Assembly: GCA_963826525.1 (NCBI GenBank)
Contig: CAWGXH010000003.1
Span: 64,001 to 128,000, forward strand
Reading direction: 5' to 3'
From: an uncultured Methanomicrobiaceae archaeon
GTDB lineage: Archaea; Halobacteriota; Methanomicrobia; Methanomicrobiales; Methanoculleaceae
Length of the DNA stretch: 64,000 bases
Shown here: positions 41,880 through 52,784 of the stretch, in pieces
How the letters are laid out: each line of letters starts with the position of its first letter
How positions within the stretch are numbered: the first letter of the stretch is position 1
Program-made: the position numbers and the translations under genes
The notes under the pieces: model-generated
Database searches by the model: none
What the model was told of the DNA's origin: nothing
What the model saw: the letters and a program-made list of their open reading frames with translations, nothing else

Positions 41880-42482
41880 CTACTCGCTGCCCGTCGCAGT
41901 GACACCAGAGTACACTGCAATCAGAATGACCATACGCCGCGGCGGCAACCGTAGCGTCGCCGGAGAGAAGGTGTTCGGATACTGACAATGTGGTGAAGGG
42001 GGTCACGACCACGAAGAGAAGGAGCAGACCGTTCAGGAGCATGAACTATCTGCTGACCTGCATACTGCAATTGAGAGCATGTCCCAAAAGTGTCCGGTAC
42101 CTGAAGATTAATCGGATCGAAGCACTCTCACGTAATCAATCCGCGGAGAAGAACTCGCCCTAGACCGGATCGCGAGCACGGCCTATCCCCGGCTATCACA
42201 TCGCGGGGGGAGGGTGCGGGAGGGGGCCAGTCCCCTCCTGTCAAAGAGTATTGGGATGTCCTCCGAACATATTGTGGTGGTTCATCCACATTATGAGAAT
42301 AGTCAGGACGCTGGTGGCGGACGCGAAGAATGCAGCCCACTCATCCAGAAGACCCTGAAAGGAACTGCTGCCGCGTGTAGTCGGGGTCGTAGATGCCCAA
42401 AACGAGCAACATGATTGCAAAAGCAAATGCACTGTCGCTGAATATTTCAAGTCGCCCCCCGCTTTCGGGAAATGATCTTCAC
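41880..42482 (-). pseudogene. TMEM175/DUF1211 family K+ channel pseudogene, interrupted by a MITE
   Basis: Fragments GRLEIFSDSAFAFAIMLLVLGI (TMEM175 RxxxFSD signature), LLDEWAAFF...LIMWMNHHNMF, and after the insert FMLLNGLLLLFVVVTPFTT; also has an in-frame stop, frameshifts and an internal deletion. Confidence 0.75.
42075..42263. mobile_element. 189-bp MITE with IS5-like terminal inverted repeats
   Basis: Ends GAGCATGTCCCAAAAGT and AGTATTGGGATGTCCTC (12/17 inverted match); flanks TGA and CGA (3-bp TSD, 1 mismatch); no ORF; internal hairpin GGAGGGG-gccagt-CCCCTCC. Confidence 0.75.
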
Positions 42483-42748
42483 AAAGATCACCTCGCATCT
42501 TGCATTCGATCTGCTGACACTGTGAAAAAATAAGCCTTGCTTTGTCCTCAATACACTTTTTCAGCCTTACATCCAGAGAGCGTCGCAGGGAGCATTCATA
42601 CTCCGGGGGTGAAGAAGGTGTGTCCGTCCTCGCGGTTCGACGATTGGCGAAAGATCCTCCCTCTGCCGGTTTCTCGAGCGGAGCATTCGGCAGCACGATC
42701 TCATGGAATCAAGGGTCGATGATCTCGGAGGCCCGTACCGCCGCCTTC

Positions 42749-43225
42749 CTATGTGAACTGGCAGGGCCGGCTATGGGCCGGGACCTGCTCTACCTGCACC
42801 AGGATCAGCACCGAAGGCTGGTCGCCCACGGTTCCCGACCGGTGCCCCCTGCGCCCCTGAGCGTCTGGCCTGGTGTTCTGGTCGTTGCCGAACGACAGCT
42901 CGCCCGGCCCCATCTCCACGCGCATGCCGTCCATGGTCTCCACGAACCAGCTGCCCGAGAGCGGCACGATCCATTGCGGCTTCGGGTTCTCGTGCCACTC
43001 GCCCACCCAGCCTGCGGGGAGGACAAGGACGATCACGTTGGCAGCCGGGCTGCTCAGCCTCTCGATCCACGACGGCGCCGCACCACTCGAGACACTCTCG
43101 AACGCAAAGTCGCTCAGCCGGCAGCGGTCTTGATGGCTCACGCCGTTTTCGTCGGTCCAGACGTGCCAGTATGGTACGTCGGGCCCGTCGGGATCGCTGC
43201 TCTGCAGTTTACGATTACTCTCCAT
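42749..43225 (-). CDS. Cupin-domain protein
   Basis: YWHVWTD..G.SH, EWHENPKPQW, GELSFGND, GHRSG. Confidence 0.75.
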   Translation of the reverse strand: MESNRKLQSSDPDGPDVPYWHVWTDENGVSHQDRCRLSDFAFESVSSGAAPSWIERLSSPAANVIVLVLPAGWVGEWHENPKPQWIVPLSGSWFVETMDGMRVEMGPGELSFGNDQNTRPDAQGRRGHRSGTVGDQPSVLILVQVEQVPAHSRPCQFT

Positions 43226-43514
43226 GGCAGCCTCCACTCTCTCGGGTACGCGTTCTCTCCGTGCTCCTCTGCGAACTCGCAACGAGGCCTCGGCTCGAGC
43301 CTGAGCAGCGGTTCACGATATCTCGATGGGCACGATCATGAAGCCGAACGTGCGGAGATCCAGGCCTCGTCTCAAATATCTTTCGGCGCCTCATGTGGCT
43401 TGGGTGATCGACGATGACACCTCAAAATCTCCTCCGTATCGATGCTCTGCAGGAGATTCCCTTTGGGACCGCCACACCCCTTTTGCCGCTCACGATGTCG
43501 GAGGGTCGGGGCAA

Positions 43515-44384
43515 TCACCGTTCCGCATGCAAGGATAACCGTGCACGCAACCACGCTATGCGATCTTCCCGGGCCTCGTCGTTCAGGTAATGGCCGGCGT
43601 CGTACCACTCCATCGATCTCGGCTCGCTTGCTTTTTCAAAGAATTCCAGGGATTTCTCCCGCGTGAAAAGGTCGTCTCGAAGGCCGAACTGAAACAGAAC
43701 GGCTGACGGCGCAGCGTGACCGATGTAGTTGCCCGGGTCGATGGGCGCCAGTGTCCGGCGATATCTCTCAAGCGCCTCTCCTGCGAGAGACGGCATATTG
43801 AGCACGGCAACGTCCGTGAAGCTCCCCGTGCCCGCCATCAGGACATAGGCTTTCACCCGCTTCTCTACCCCGGACAGTACCCCGCCGACGAGTGCTCCGA
43901 AGCTGTGGCCCACGTACCCGATTCGGTTCGGATCCACATCCGGTCGTGCTTCAAGGAGATCGAGACCCCGGCGGAGCCCGACCACGGTCCGGATATGTTC
44001 CTGCACGGCATTCTCCGGATCCGCGAGCGTTCTCCCCCATGCCTCTCCGCCCTTCTCCGTCCAGGGCGCATCGATTAACAGGGAGACCGCCCCCCATCGA
44101 GCGAGCATCAAAGACTCATCCCGAAAAGTAGCCCGGCTTCCGGGTCCGGGATGAACATAGATGATGCCTGCGAAGCGGCCTGCCTTTGGTGGCACCACCA
44201 GATATGCATTGAACCGTATCCCGGGAGCGGCGTTGTAGTGCACGTCATGGATGGAGATTCCATCTCTCTGTTCTATGACGGTCTCTTCGATATCAAGAGG
44301 TACTTCGGGGTCATAATCGAACAGCGCCTGCAGACTCTCAAAAGACCTGCCCGGGAGCGGTAATTCGGATTTCATGCCGCTCAT
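43515..44384 (-). CDS. Alpha/beta hydrolase (dienelactone hydrolase/acetylxylan esterase-like)
   Basis: VDPNRIGYVGHSFGA nucleophile elbow, QFGLRDD, WYDAGH. Confidence 0.85.
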   Translation of the reverse strand: MSGMKSELPLPGRSFESLQALFDYDPEVPLDIEETVIEQRDGISIHDVHYNAAPGIRFNAYLVVPPKAGRFAGIIYVHPGPGSRATFRDESLMLARWGAVSLLIDAPWTEKGGEAWGRTLADPENAVQEHIRTVVGLRRGLDLLEARPDVDPNRIGYVGHSFGALVGGVLSGVEKRVKAYVLMAGTGSFTDVAVLNMPSLAGEALERYRRTLAPIDPGNYIGHAAPSAVLFQFGLRDDLFTREKSLEFFEKASEPRSMEWYDAGHYLNDEAREDRIAWLRARLSLHAER

Positions 44385-44459
44385 CTCTGTGGTGTAAATC
44401 CGTGCGTCGCGACGATGCATCACGCAAGCCTCAATTGTATCGCACCGGTATAAAATGAA

Positions 44460-44599
44460 TCGGTAGTGCTCCCGCTTACAACTGGAAGTAAATTTCAGGG
44501 GATCTGACCGCATTACATTGAGCAATGACCTGCATTCATGCAAAAAACTCAAACGGGGGGAGTGTTTCCATTATCAGTTGTTTCTTAGAGCACTACCGA
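44460..44599. repeat. Perfect 12-bp inverted repeat pair, 116 bp apart
   Basis: TCGGTAGTGCTC (44460-44471) and GAGCACTACCGA (44588-44599). Confidence 0.7.
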
Positions 44600-45022
44600 A
44601 GGTTTCGTTAAAATCGGGAAAAGACGCTCATGTAGCCTTTTTCAGGATTGATACCGGGCGACTCCCCCGTGCACCCGGGTGCCCCGATGAGTGGAGGAGT
44701 CACAATGGCGAGTCCGATACCTATGTATTTGCATCCATTTCGGCTGCGTGATACCCCCTTTGTCCGGATGAGCGCTCTGGGACCTTTCGCGTTGCATAAA
44801 TATCGAAAGCAATTGCTGCTTTCTCTGATTGCCTATCCAAGATCTGTGAATCGGTATTGGGATATCAGGAAAAGAAGCAGGTATTATGCTTATTTTGGGC
44901 TTTTGGTTGCTATTCTGCCGCTTACACGACTACCTCATGCAATTTGTGCAGCACGGTACACCGTGACCTAATTTTATATAGTATCGTGGGTGTCGAGGGT
45001 TCGCAGAAAAGGAGGTTTCTAC

Positions 45023-45886
45023 ATGCCCTATATGAATGTCGGTAAAGAGAACTCAGGCACCATCGATCTCTATTACGAGGACCACGGCGCGGGGAAACCG
45101 GTCGTACTGGTTCACGGTTGGCCGCTCAGCAGTCTCTCCTGGGAGAAACAGGTGCCAACCCTGCTGGAAGCGGGGTACCGTGTCATCGCGTACGACCGCA
45201 GGGGGTTCGGTCACTCCAGCAAGCCGACCTTCGGCTACGACTACGATACCATGACCGGGGACCTGCACACACTCATGACGGAGCTCGATCTACGTGACGC
45301 CACGCTGGTAGGCTTCTCGATGGGCGGCGGTGAGGTGGCCCGCTACCTCGGCACTTACGGTAGCGAGCGCGTAGAGAGAGCGGTGTTTATATCTTCCGTC
45401 CCGCCGTTCCTGCTGAAGACGCCCGACAACCCTGACGGCATGGACGTCAGTGTCGCCGACGGGATCAAGCACAGTATCGTCGGAGACCGCCCGGCGTTCC
45501 TCTCCGCATTTCTCTTGAATTTCTACAATTTCGATGTCTTTGGGGGCGACCGCGTCAGCGACGAGGTCGTTCGGCTCAGCTGGAACGTCGCGGCCGGCGC
45601 CTCCCCCAGGGGCACTCTGGATTGCGTCACGGCGTTCTCATCGACCGACTTCCGAAGCGATCTTCAACGCATCGACGTGCCCACCCTGATCGTTCACGGC
45701 GATGCAGACCGAATTGTACCCTTCGCCATATCGGGAAAGCGCACCCATGAACAGGTCAAGGGAAGCCGGCTGGTGGTGGTTGAGGGCGGGCCGCATGGCA
45801 TTATCTGGACTCACGCCGGGATGGTCAACCGCGAGCTGCTGGATTTTCTCGGAAAGAAGGTCAAAGCGGCGCCGACGCCTACCTGA
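45023..45886 (+). CDS. Non-haem haloperoxidase/arylesterase (alpha/beta hydrolase)
   Basis: LYYEDHG.GKPVVLVHGWPLS, YDRRGFG, GFSMGGGEV, HGDADRIVP, GGPHG. Confidence 0.9.
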   Translation: MPYMNVGKENSGTIDLYYEDHGAGKPVVLVHGWPLSSLSWEKQVPTLLEAGYRVIAYDRRGFGHSSKPTFGYDYDTMTGDLHTLMTELDLRDATLVGFSMGGGEVARYLGTYGSERVERAVFISSVPPFLLKTPDNPDGMDVSVADGIKHSIVGDRPAFLSAFLLNFYNFDVFGGDRVSDEVVRLSWNVAAGASPRGTLDCVTAFSSTDFRSDLQRIDVPTLIVHGDADRIVPFAISGKRTHEQVKGSRLVVVEGGPHGIIWTHAGMVNRELLDFLGKKVKAAPTPT

Positions 45887-46387
45887 GGTCTCGTGCAGGA
45901 GGGGATCGAGCGTCCATGGCGGGAGGTGGGCGAGCCGCCGGCTGCCATGGCACGTGTCGACTTTCTCAACGAGGTTTTGATGCCTATAGTGTCCTGAAAA
46001 GGATGATCATGACCTGCAAGCAAGCACCCGCCTACCTTACGCCGCTGCCGGGGTCGGTCCTCACCGGCTCCGGAATCCCTGCTCGATGAGCCGGGCAGCG
46101 ATCCGTCGGCGGGGGCGGGGGAACCATTATGTGATACCGCATCGATTCTTTGTCATCCGTTTTCATTATAGCACAGCAGCGTACGGGCAGGGCTATGTCG
46201 GCAGCTTCGGTTCCCCCCATGAGATGTCTCCCTCGCCGCGGCGAAAAGGAAACAGCCATAGTTATGCCGGGAGTGGAATTCGAGGCTCTCCATCGCGAGT
46301 GCGCAGCACATATGCGGTTAATTTTCGTTGCGGCACCGGCGCAGGATGAGTCAGGGGCTGCCTCAAGATGGAATCAGGGATAACGTG

Positions 46388-47407
46388 ATGCGAAAAAAGA
46401 TTGTGACAGCCGGACTTGCAGCCATTGCCGTGATAGCGCTGGCCGGATTTGGCGTATGGTATTTTCTCGACTCCCAGAAGGCCGCTACGGAACCTGTGGA
46501 AGCGATCACGGTTGCGTATTCACCTTTTGAGTATACCGCACTTTTTTGGATTGCCGATGACCAGCACTTTTTCGAGAAAAACGGCCTCAACCTGACCCTG
46601 CGGAAGTACGATTCCGGGGCTGCTTCACTGGATGGGGTGGCAAACGGTGAAGCGGACATTACCGTGGGGGTAACCGAGTTCCCCCTCGTCACGAAAGGCG
46701 TTCCAGAACGTAAAAGTACGGGTGATAGGAAACATCGATAAGGGTGATTTCATCTCCATTGTCGCGCGGAAGGACCGTGGAATCGAGAATGCCTCCGACC
46801 TTAAAGGGAAGAGGGTCGGGACGACTATCGGCACGGTCGCGGAATTCCATCTCGGGAGGTTCCTGGCGCTGCACGGCATGACGATGCGGGATATCACGCT
46901 CGTCGACGTAAAAACCCCTGATGGATGGGTAAATGCGGTTGCAGACGGAGACCTCGATGCTATTTCGACCGCACAACCGTATGTCAACGCAGCCGGAGAT
47001 CGCTTGGCGATAACGCTATTGTCTGGTCGGCGCAGAGTAGCCAGCCTCTGTTTGGGTTGGTCAGTATCCACGGATGAGTGGATAACGCGAGCATCCCGGA
47101 CAGGCCGAGCAGATTCCTCACGTCCCTCTGCAGAGGCAGAGGAGTATGCTACCATACACCCGGCCGAAGCCCGGACAATCGTGCAGGAACGGCTGAACCT
47201 CGATGCCGGGTATATGGATACGGTCTGGCGGCAGAACCAGTTCTGCCTTTCGCTCGACCAGTCGCTTATCCTGGCGATGGAGGACGAGGCGCGGTGGATG
47301 ATCGCGAACAATCTGACGAACGCACGGCGGTGCCGGATTTCCGGCAGTATATCTCCACTGACGGTCTGGAAACCGTGAGGCCCGGTTCGGTGAACATCAT
47401 TGAGTGA
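46388..47407 (+). CDS. Membrane-anchored substrate-binding protein 1 (NMT1/SsuA-like), multiple frameshifts
   Basis: N-terminal TM; FFEKNGL, SGAASLD, DLKGKRVGTTIGT, LSLDQSLILAMEDEARW across several frames. Confidence 0.75.
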
Positions 47408-47416
47408 GGCCGCGTT

Positions 47417-48434
47417 ATGAAGTGGAGTTCGCTTGTCGGGATCGCGGCTGTCATTCCGGTCGTTTTTGTAGGTCTTGGGGCACTGGTTCTCGTACAATCC
47501 CCGGAACCCCGTCTTCCGACCGAGGATATCACGATCGCAACATACCAAAACCAGCTCCCCGCGCTCATTTATGTTGCACAAGATCAGGGCTATTTTTCTG
47601 CAAACGGCCTCAACGTCACGATCCGGTACGATGATAGCGGAGCTCTCTCTGTTGATGCAGTGCTTGCGAAGGAAGCCGATATCGGGCTCGCTTCGGAGTA
47701 CGTCTTTGCCCGCAACATCGTGAACGGTCAGAACATTACCGCGCTTGGCAGTGTCGCAAAAACCCAGGACATCTACCTGATTGGGCGGAGGACCGCGGCA
47801 TCCGGAACCCGGCGGATCTTGCAGGCAAGAGGATCGGGCTTCCCGTGCGAACAGCCACGGAGTATTACCTGAGCAATACCTGAAACTGAACGGTATACCG
47901 TCGGAGGAAGTAACGGTGATCGATGTCCCGACCGCCTCTATCTCCGATGCCCTTGCGAACGGGACGGTGGACGGGGTTGTTATCGTCCAGCCGGTTGCGG
48001 GTGCTGTCAGGAGCCGGCTCGGGAGCAACGCAACTATGTGGCCTGTCCAGGGAGGACAGTCGTACTTCTGGACGCTGACCAGCCGGGAAGAGTGGGCGGA
48101 GAACCACGCAGATGCGGTCACCCGTTTCCTTGAGGCACTTGCCCTGGCCGAAGATGATCTCGCAACCGATCCGCAGGGAGCAAAATCGGCTGTGATCAGG
48201 GAGATTGGCTGCGATGATGCGTATCTCGAACAGGTATGGGGGGAAAGCCAGTTCTCCCTTTCGCTCGACCAGTCATTCGTCACTGCCATGGAGGACGAGG
48301 CACGGTGGATGATCGCAGATACTGTGGCAAGCGCGGAGCTGACTCCTGATTTTACCCGTTACATCTCCACGGAGAGCCTCGAACAGGTAAAACCCGGGTC
48401 GGTATACATCATAACGGGAAGGAGAGAGCCATGA
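47417..48434 (+). CDS. Membrane-anchored substrate-binding protein 2 (NMT1/SsuA-like), frameshifts near 47800-47860
   Basis: N-terminal TM; YVAQDQGYFSANGLNV, SGALSV, LSLDQSFVTAMEDEARW; paralogous to SBP1. Confidence 0.78.
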
Positions 48435-50038
48435 AGATCAGGACGCAGTTATTTGCCGGGATGGCCATCTTCGGGCTTCTCCTCGTCATCATATCGGGCC
48501 TCGTGATCACGACAAACCAGGAGACTGAGAAGCTCGTCGATCAGGGAGGAACTGGCAAACAGCATCGCCCTCGAGGTCGGCGAGCTCGGCTACCTCTCGA
48601 GCGACTATATCCTGTACCGGGAGCCCCAGCAGGCAGAGCGGTGGAACGCGAAGTTTTCCTCCGTATCCGACCATATCGCGGGTCTCTCCGTCGACCGGCC
48701 GGAGCAGCAGGTGATCGTCGGCAACCTTAAAGCAAACCTCAAAAACACCAGATCGGTCTTCGACGACATCGTATCGAGCCCCGCACAGTCCGGAGGGATA
48801 GATACCGGCTTCGTCCAGCTCTCCTGGAGCAGGATGGCGGTCCAGAACCAGGGGATGGTCTTTGACGCGGGAAGGCTCTCCCATCTCCTTCGCGACCAGG
48901 CGGACGAGCTGAGGCAGGCACGGAAGCTGCTCATCTTCGCGCTGATGGGGGCGTTCGTCGCGTTTCTCCTCACCAGTTATCTCCTCTTCTCCCGGCGGAC
49001 GCTGAAGTCGATTGCGGACCTGCAGGAAGGAGCACGGATCATCGGTTCCGGAAACCTCGATTATACCATCGATGAGAAGGGAGACGACGAGATCAGCGAA
49101 CTCTCCCGATCCTTCAACCTGATGACCTCCGACTTAAAACACGTCATCGCCTCAAAAGCCGACCTCGAGCGGGAGATCGCCGGCCGGAAACAGGCCGAGG
49201 AGGAACTGCAGCAGCTGCTCGTCCAGCTGGAGGACCGGACGCATCAACTGGAGGCGACCGCCGCGAACCTCCAGGCAGCCAATGAGGAACTCGAGATCAC
49301 GAACGAAGAGATGGAGATCGCCAACGAGGAATTGCAGGCGATCACCGACGAACTCGTCCGGCAGAGCCGGGAGCTTGAGGAGGCGCATCGCGAGGCGAAT
49401 CTCTACCTGGATATCATGACCCACGACATCCGGAACGCGAACAACGTCTCCAGCATGTACGCCGACCTCCTGGCCGATCTCGCGGAAGGAGACCCGAAGA
49501 CCTATGCGGAGAAACTGCACGACAGCATCGATCGAAGCAGCGAGATCCTCAGGAACGTCGCCACAATACGCAGAGTTCAGAGTGAGTCGGCTCGCCGCGT
49601 GCCGGTAGACCTCGATGCGGTCATCCGGGAGGAGCTCGGCACCTCCCCCGGGGCATCGATACAGTATGACGGTCGGCGGATCGAGGTGCTGGCGGACGGT
49701 CTTCTGCCGGGCATCTTCACGAACCTCTCGGCAACGCCGTCAAGTTCGGCGGTCCGGATGTTGCGATTGCCATCCGGATCGAGGATCAGGACGCCGGGGT
49801 GCTGGTGACGGTCGAGGACACCGGCCCTGGCGTTCCGGACGAGATCAAAGAGAAACTCTTCCACCGGTTCGAGCGGGGCATGGGCAAAGGAAGGGGCGAG
49901 GGACTTGGGCTCTTCATCGTCAGGACCCTCATCGAGCGCTACGGCGGGAAGGTCTGGATCGACGACCGGATGCCCGGCCATCCGGAGGAAGGAGTGGCCT
50001 TTAAGTTCACGCTCCAAAAAGCCCCGCAAAACAGCTGA
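48431..50038 (+). CDS. Membrane sensor histidine kinase (2 TM, HAMP, coiled coil, HisKA, HATPase); frameshifts near 48545 and 49730
   Basis: HAMP DEISELSRSFNLM, H-box THDIRN, N-box FTNL..NAVKF, EDTGPG, LFHRF, GEGLGL; ATGA overlap with SBP2. Confidence 0.85.
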
Positions 50039-50275
50039 GAGATCTGAAAACAAGCTTGCGCCGTAATTCGTATGCTCTCTTGAGTCGTGCGGAGGGGTGC
50101 AGCAACAGGTCGGTGGCGTGACATTACTCTGGTGAGCAGCAATGATTGCGGTGGTGATCGCGTCGGAAGAGACGGAACAGACCTCATTCCTGCACACTTC
50201 CTCTTCCGGGGAGAGGAAAGCCGAACCCCGAACGTTTTCGCCGCCTCTGCGATAAAATTATATGCCGAGGGGCTG

Positions 50276-50875
50276 ATGGGCACGCCTATGCCCATAGGTG
50301 TTGCCGAGAAAGTGAAAGGCTTCTTCTTGAAACCTTCAGCGATGTTTCAGGCCACGAGAACGGAAAGCCTGAGCAGCGCATTCCAGTATTACGTGATACT
50401 GCTTATCATTTTTAGCGTGCTGCTGTTCATTGTTGTTGCCGTTGCATCCACAGCGATCCCCGCCATAACAAGCGGGCTTTTACCCGTGCGGTTCGGGGCC
50501 GGACTAAGCCTGTTTTTGGTCTTCTCCCTCTTCGTGATCCAGCTTTACGGGATATTCCTGAGCGGACTTACGTATCATGTATTCGTGATCCTGTTCGGCG
50601 GGAGACAGGGAGTGGTCCAGACTATAAAAACCGTCATGTACGCCTCAACGCCGCACTTTATCCTGGGATGGATCCCCATCATCTCAATCGTCGGGGCCGT
50701 CTGGACGTTGATCCTCATCATCATCGGAATACGAGAGAACCAGGAGATGCCGCTCGGCCGTGCCGTCCTGGTGCTCATCGTCCCACTGGTCCTTGGCCTG
50801 ATCTCCTGGGGACTTTTCGCCCTGACACTGGGAGCGCTCTACCGCGCCCGGTTGCGTGCCCTGACTGGAATATGA
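50276..50875 (+). CDS. Yip1-domain membrane protein
   Basis: VKGFFLKPSAMF, HVFVILFGG, TIKTVMYASTP, LGWIP; about 5 TM. Confidence 0.8.
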   Translation: MGTPMPIGVAEKVKGFFLKPSAMFQATRTESLSSAFQYYVILLIIFSVLLFIVVAVASTAIPAITSGLLPVRFGAGLSLFLVFSLFVIQLYGIFLSGLTYHVFVILFGGRQGVVQTIKTVMYASTPHFILGWIPIISIVGAVWTLILIIIGIRENQEMPLGRAVLVLIVPLVLGLISWGLFALTLGALYRARLRALTGI

Positions 50876-51038
50876 TGCCGGCAGGGCGGAACGACCGGCC
50901 GTGCGGGAGAGAAGGGGTTCGGCCTTGCCGCTCGAGCACCCTGACCCCTCAAATATCGAACCAAAATCTGCGGAAGGATTCCGAGATCATCCCGTTTCGG
51001 GAATCTTTAATTACGAGAAACAGGACTCGTGATATGTT

Positions 51039-51953
51039 GTGATCGATGCTGAAAACCTCACCCGGAAATTCGGCGATCTGACGGCGGTGGATAACGTAAC
51101 TTTTCATATCGATGAGGGGGAGGTCTTCGGCCTTCTGGGACCCAATGGAGCGGGGAAGACCACCACGGTGCGGATGCTCTGCGGCCTCATCGCTAAGACC
51201 AGCGGGGATGCACGAATAGCCGATTATGATATCGGGAAAGATCCCTTGCAGATCCGGAAGATCATCGGGCTGATCCCGGAGAACGTCGGTCTTTATGGCG
51301 AACTGAGCGCCTACCGCAACCTCGATTTTTACGCCAGGTTGTATGAACGGACCGACCGGCAACGGAGCGAGAGCATCGAGCGCCTTCTCAAGATGTTAGG
51401 GATCTGGGAGGAGCGAGACCAGCCCGTAGGCACGTTCTCCAAGGGAATGAAACAGCGGGTTGCCATCGCCCGGGCACTGGTGCATGACCCCCAGATTCTG
51501 TTTCTGGACGAGCCCACCGCAAACCTGGATCCGGAGGCGGCAAAGACGGTGCGGGACTTCATCCTTGAACTGAAGAAAGAGGAGAAGACCATCTTCCTCA
51601 ATACGCACAATCTGGACGAAGCCCAGAAACTCTGCGACCGCATCGGGATTCTGAGAACCCACCTGCTCCGCATCGGCACACCCGGGGAGCTGAAGGAATC
51701 GCTCTGGGGCAGCAAAACCGTCATCCAGCTGCAGGAAGTCAACGACTCCATCGTGGAAGCAGTACAAAAACAGACCGCGAACAAGGTGGCGGTCGAGGAT
51801 CACCGGCTGGTGATCGACGTGATGAACGCGGAGCAGGAAAATCCCGGTCTGGTGGAGGCCATCGTCTCCGCGGGCGGCCGCATCCAGTTCGTGCAGGGCC
51901 TCAGCCCGACCCTGGAAGACGTATACTTAAAGATCGTGAGGGAGAACGAATGA
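51039..51953 (+). CDS. ABC exporter ATP-binding protein
   Basis: GPNGAGKT, FSKGMKQR, LDEPT, THNL. Confidence 0.92.
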   Translation: MIDAENLTRKFGDLTAVDNVTFHIDEGEVFGLLGPNGAGKTTTVRMLCGLIAKTSGDARIADYDIGKDPLQIRKIIGLIPENVGLYGELSAYRNLDFYARLYERTDRQRSESIERLLKMLGIWEERDQPVGTFSKGMKQRVAIARALVHDPQILFLDEPTANLDPEAAKTVRDFILELKKEEKTIFLNTHNLDEAQKLCDRIGILRTHLLRIGTPGELKESLWGSKTVIQLQEVNDSIVEAVQKQTANKVAVEDHRLVIDVMNAEQENPGLVEAIVSAGGRIQFVQGLSPTLEDVYLKIVRENE

Positions 51954-52696
51954 GGCTATCCATCGCGTGGATCATCGCATCGAAGGAGCTGAGCACCTTC
52001 CGGAAAAAGAGGAGTGTCCTCTTCAGCGTAATCGTGTTTCCCCTCTTCGTGGGCATCGGACTGCCTCTGCTGATCCGCTATCTTCTGGTGAGCTCCGGGA
52101 GCATCTCCGCTGATGCATTGTCGGCATTGCTTGATGTCATAAACGCATTCGCCTTTTTCTTCATCGTCGGTGCGGGCATCCTTCCCACCGCGATCGCATC
52201 CTACAGCATCGTCGGCGAAAAGGAGGCACAAAGCCTGGAGCCGCTTCTTGCCACACCAACCACCGACGGCGAGATCCTTCTGGGTAAGAGCATCGGCGCA
52301 CTTCTTCCTCCCCTGGTCGCCATCTGGATAGGTGCGGTCATCTTCATGGCCCTGATCGACATCTATACCGTCGGCTTGCTGGGCTATCTCTACTATCCCA
52401 ACGGGAGCATAGCAGTCATCATGCTGCTGCTGGTGCCCCTAGCGGCCATCACCGCAGTTGAGCTGAGCGTGATCCTTTCGGCCAGGGTAAATGATGTCCG
52501 GAGCGCACAGCAACTCGGATCCTTGATCGTGATCCCCTTTGCCGTCATCTATGTGCTGGGCGAGATAGGTGCGTTCCCGCTCACGGTGCCGTACCTCCTC
52601 ATCCTCGCGGCCATTATCCTGGTCGTCGATATCGGGCTGTTCTCTCTGAGTGTGTCAACGTTCCGGAGGGAAGAGATCCTCACGAAGTGGAGGTAG
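51950..52696 (+). CDS. ABC-2 type permease
   Basis: SIVGEKEAQSLEPLLATP, ILLGK, 6 TM. Confidence 0.88.
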   Translation: MRLSIAWIIASKELSTFRKKRSVLFSVIVFPLFVGIGLPLLIRYLLVSSGSISADALSALLDVINAFAFFFIVGAGILPTAIASYSIVGEKEAQSLEPLLATPTTDGEILLGKSIGALLPPLVAIWIGAVIFMALIDIYTVGLLGYLYYPNGSIAVIMLLLVPLAAITAVELSVILSARVNDVRSAQQLGSLIVIPFAVIYVLGEIGAFPLTVPYLLILAAIILVVDIGLFSLSVSTFRREEILTKWR

Positions 52697-52784
52697 TATA
52701 TGGTGAGACGCCGGCCGGAAACGATGATCCGGGTCTCAGACGAAGACAGCGGGCAGTTCCCGACCGGACGGTAAGGAGCGGGAA

